This document shows positions 23,815-26,307 of a DNA stretch of 26,307 nt, one piece after another. The translations under genes were made by a program, and so were the position numbers. Within the stretch, counting starts at the first letter, position 1. Every line of letters starts with the position of its first letter. Location: the NCBI GenBank assembly GCA_013265495.1, contig MU057377.1:496001-522307 (forward strand), written 5' to 3'. The notes under the pieces are model-generated. The model ran no database searches. It was not told where the DNA came from and saw nothing but the letters and a program-made list of their open reading frames with translations. Source of the DNA: Vicugna vicugna (lineage: Eukaryota).

Positions 23815-24045
23815 TGTTTTCTAAAATGCTTTCACAGTTATCTCACTAAACCTCATAACCAGCTGAACTAGCGAGGATGTGCTGTATTCCCACGTGAGAG
23901 GGAGAGAATCTGAGGTTAAGCTCACATCGTCAGTAAGCGGCAGAGCAACTAACAGGGAGGAAGTGGAGCATGAATGAATGCTCACCGTGTGCTGGGCGCT
24001 GCGCTTTCTCCTCTGGTCTTACGCAGTCTGGGAGGCAGACAGTGT
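23815..24045 (-). mobile_element. MIR fragment followed by L2 3' fragment inside the putative 3'UTR
   Basis: MIR-like: aaaatgctttcaca..tatctcact.aacctcataac..tattccca..gaga.tctgagg.taag..cagtaagcggcagagc. L2-like: gaatgctcaccgtgtgctgggcgctg..cttac.cagtct.ggaggcagaca. Confidence 0.55.
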
Positions 24046-25410
24046 AATTCCTATGATGAAATAATCTCAGCAGATGAACAAACAAATCTGCTGCTTCTAA
24101 TTTCCAAATTAGAATAGAAGAAATTTTATAGTTGTGAAAACCTCATGGATTTGGGCAAACTGAATGTATGTACGTTTTTGAAGTGGCACAAAAAATATGA
24201 AATGAGGCCTGCTCTTTTCAGTTAACCTTTTGTCATATTTGATTTGGAGTATTTTGGACAAATGCTCCATTAGGTCTAAAATCCATTAATTCTGTAACTG
24301 TCCTTAAAATTTTGAATCTTGCAACTAAGTTTAGCCTCATTCAGAATTTTTTACTTTATAAGCATAATTTATTGTTTTAAATTAATTTTGTAGCTGATAG
24401 CAGTTAGCACTTAATATGTAAATTGAATAATTTATCAAATGTAGAAATTTGTTAACATAATCGGTTTTTACTTAAATGCACCAAAGATTTTTAGTAGGTA
24501 TTAAAATAGTTTAAAAGAATTTAAATTCTTTGTTGTTTGAATAAGTATTTGTCCAAAGAAGCACAGTTGAAGTCCTAGGATTATGGATTTTTTAAAAAAA
24601 TCATTAGCTTGAATACTAAGATTAAGTGTTTGTGTTTATGTGTATAAGAATAAGAACAGAAGAAAATACTCTGGGAATAGTCATACTGACAAACCAATTA
24701 CAAGTAAGCATATGCAGTTTTCCTCAGTTTAATTAATTGAATGTTATCTTTTAAGTGAACACTATTAAATGCTAAATAATAAGCTTATTTCTTACACTAC
24801 ACTGTTAAAATAATTTTGCCTTAGATTTTTTTTAAAGACAAGTTGAAGATTTCTTTGTAAGAAACTCCATGTATTTTTTGCAGCCTGAAATACCATTTAA
24901 AATTAGAGTTTTTCTTCATGCCAGCAAGATTTCACCAACAACTGTAAAGGCAGTGATCTTTGCATATTTTTAAGTAATTTAGTCTTTTATTGCTGGGAGA
25001 AGACGAGTAGCAAAATAGGGATTTAAACTGGTGCTTTATTAAGTGACTTCCTTTAAAGTAATGGTAGGTCATGAAGTAGGTACACTAATAATTTTCTCTC
25101 AGCCTTAAAGTGTCAAAACATCTTTGCACAGTGACTCTAAGCTGTTAGTTAAGGGCTATGATAAGTATTTAAATTTCATTGGTTTTCACTCTAAAATTGC
25201 AAACAAATTACAAACACCGTTACCTGGTACGTGTGTGAGTGTGCCTCTCTTCCTAGCAGATCACTCCCATGTGTCCTTGGTCAGACGTGGAGCATCACCT
25301 CTTTGACAGCATCCATTTCTGTTTGCCCAGTCTTCTCTGGGTTTGATGCTTCGTGCCTTTTCAGTGTGCTGTAGTTGCGTGGAGTTGATGCTGGCTAGAT
25401 TGTGCTGGTT

Positions 25411-25416
25411 AATAAA
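25411..25416 (+). terminator. candidate polyadenylation signal AATAAA with downstream GU/U-rich element
   Basis: AATAAA followed by gggttgttttgttgttgt, tatgtttgtgttg and a T10 run within about 75 nt. Confidence 0.5.
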
Positions 25417-25632
25417 TGATTAGGGTTGTTTTGTTGTTGTAATAGGTCTTATGTTTGTGTTGCCTGCGGGTCAGGCAACACTTTTTTTTTTAGGTTGCTT
25501 TATGTTTTTATAGGAAATTCGGCACCAAGTACTAGTGTGAATTTTGTTTTTAGTCTCTGCTACTGTGGCCTTTATAGTTACTGTGAAGCCACACTGGGCC
25601 TGTGTCTAGATGCTCATCAGAGGACTCGGACA

Positions 25633-25643
25633 AATAAAATAAA
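25633..25643 (+). terminator. overlapping tandem AATAAA poly(A) signal candidates
   Basis: aataaaataaa followed by gtttgttt and pyrimidine-rich sequence. Confidence 0.35.
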
Positions 25644-26307
25644 AGGAATAGTTTGTTTACCTCTCCATCTCCTCCTCCCTTCCCCCCTTTTCTTTTTAAT
25701 AATCAGCTACCAACCACCCAGCTCTGCACTGAACAGCTTCTTTCCCACTTTGCCTGAAACTGAACCAGAGGTGAGGGTTTCAGATGAGTCTCTCATTAGA
25801 AGCAGCAAGACTCAACCAACAGACAACTTGAGTCGATGAACTAGGGAAACATTAGGACTTTTAAAGTCATGTTTGGATTATTCTAAGATTCAGTGCCAAA
25901 TTTAAAGTCACTCAAAATGTATTTTTTAATAAGGTAGCATTTCTAAAACTTTTCATAGTATTACAGTAAATTTACTGGGGCACAGTAAATGTTATGTACT
26001 GTTAGACTGAGTAATGGGTAATATGAGAAGAATTTCCTAGTAATTTCTAGGAACCAGAGACAGTTCTTTTTACATCCCCCCCTTTCTTTTGCACATTCCT
26101 CTCAGTCAAGTCTGCAGCGTTTTGGGGGAGAGGATCGTTCCCTTATTTTCTCTAAAATGATTTCCACTTGAGGCACGCTTCCTGCTCTTCCTCTTTGGAA
26201 GTGGCCTTAATAAGGCAAAAGCCACAGGGTCAGGGTGTGTGGAGGAGGGGAGGAAGGTTCGGGGGGAAACCTGTGCTCCACTCACTCTTCATCTTTCAAC
26301 TTGATGT

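Larger units (their letters stand above)
21551..25440 (+). other. ZBTB41: long AT-rich 3'UTR of ZBTB41 (3' end uncertain; may be shorter or extend further)
   Basis: Follows the stop codon, is largely repeat-poor and AU-rich, and contains multiple AATAAA hexamers and miRNA seed matches. The end is inferred from the poly(A) signal at 25411. Confidence 0.6.

Noticed and set aside
25426..25839. 137-aa ORF downstream of the gene
   Set aside because: Non-ATG start, low-complexity composition, overlaps poly(A) signal region; not a credible neighbouring gene.
26034..26053. Hairpin ttcctag-taattt-ctaggaa
   Set aside because: A 7-bp stem is expected by chance in 26 kb; no supporting context.
26227..26266. 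Possible G-quadruplex (four G tracts)
   Set aside because: Two loops are 10 nt or longer and there is no functional context; weak candidate.

Overview
Mammalian genomic DNA, very likely a camelid because it carries two tRNA-Ala-derived Vic-1-type SINEs. The window holds the 3' part of ZBTB41 (BTB/POZ + C2H2 zinc-finger transcription factor) on the + strand: nine coding exons (1542-1749, 2460-2529, 4315-4462, 6405-6534, 8163-8258, 9613-9719, 11222-11327, 13548-13636, 20895-21550) that splice into one uninterrupted frame of 1610 nt. They encode the tail of one finger, 12 complete C2H2 fingers and a P/Q/S/T-rich C-terminus ending ...SNSEHHS*. A long AT-rich 3'UTR follows. The BTB-encoding 5' exon(s) lie upstream of the window. 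Introns contain ordinary repeats (antisense L1s, MLT1 LTRs, MER2, MER58A, Charlie1, MIR, L2, microsatellites); repeat family names are from recalled consensus sequences, not a database search. I see no evidence for a new multi-gene system. The notable points are at the RNA-processing level: a GC-AG intron competing with a strong internal GT donor, exon starts that regenerate 5' splice sites after ligation, an inverted SINE pair bracketing four exons (circRNA/editing candidate), a possible poison acceptor, and clustered miRNA seed matches with alternative poly(A) signals.
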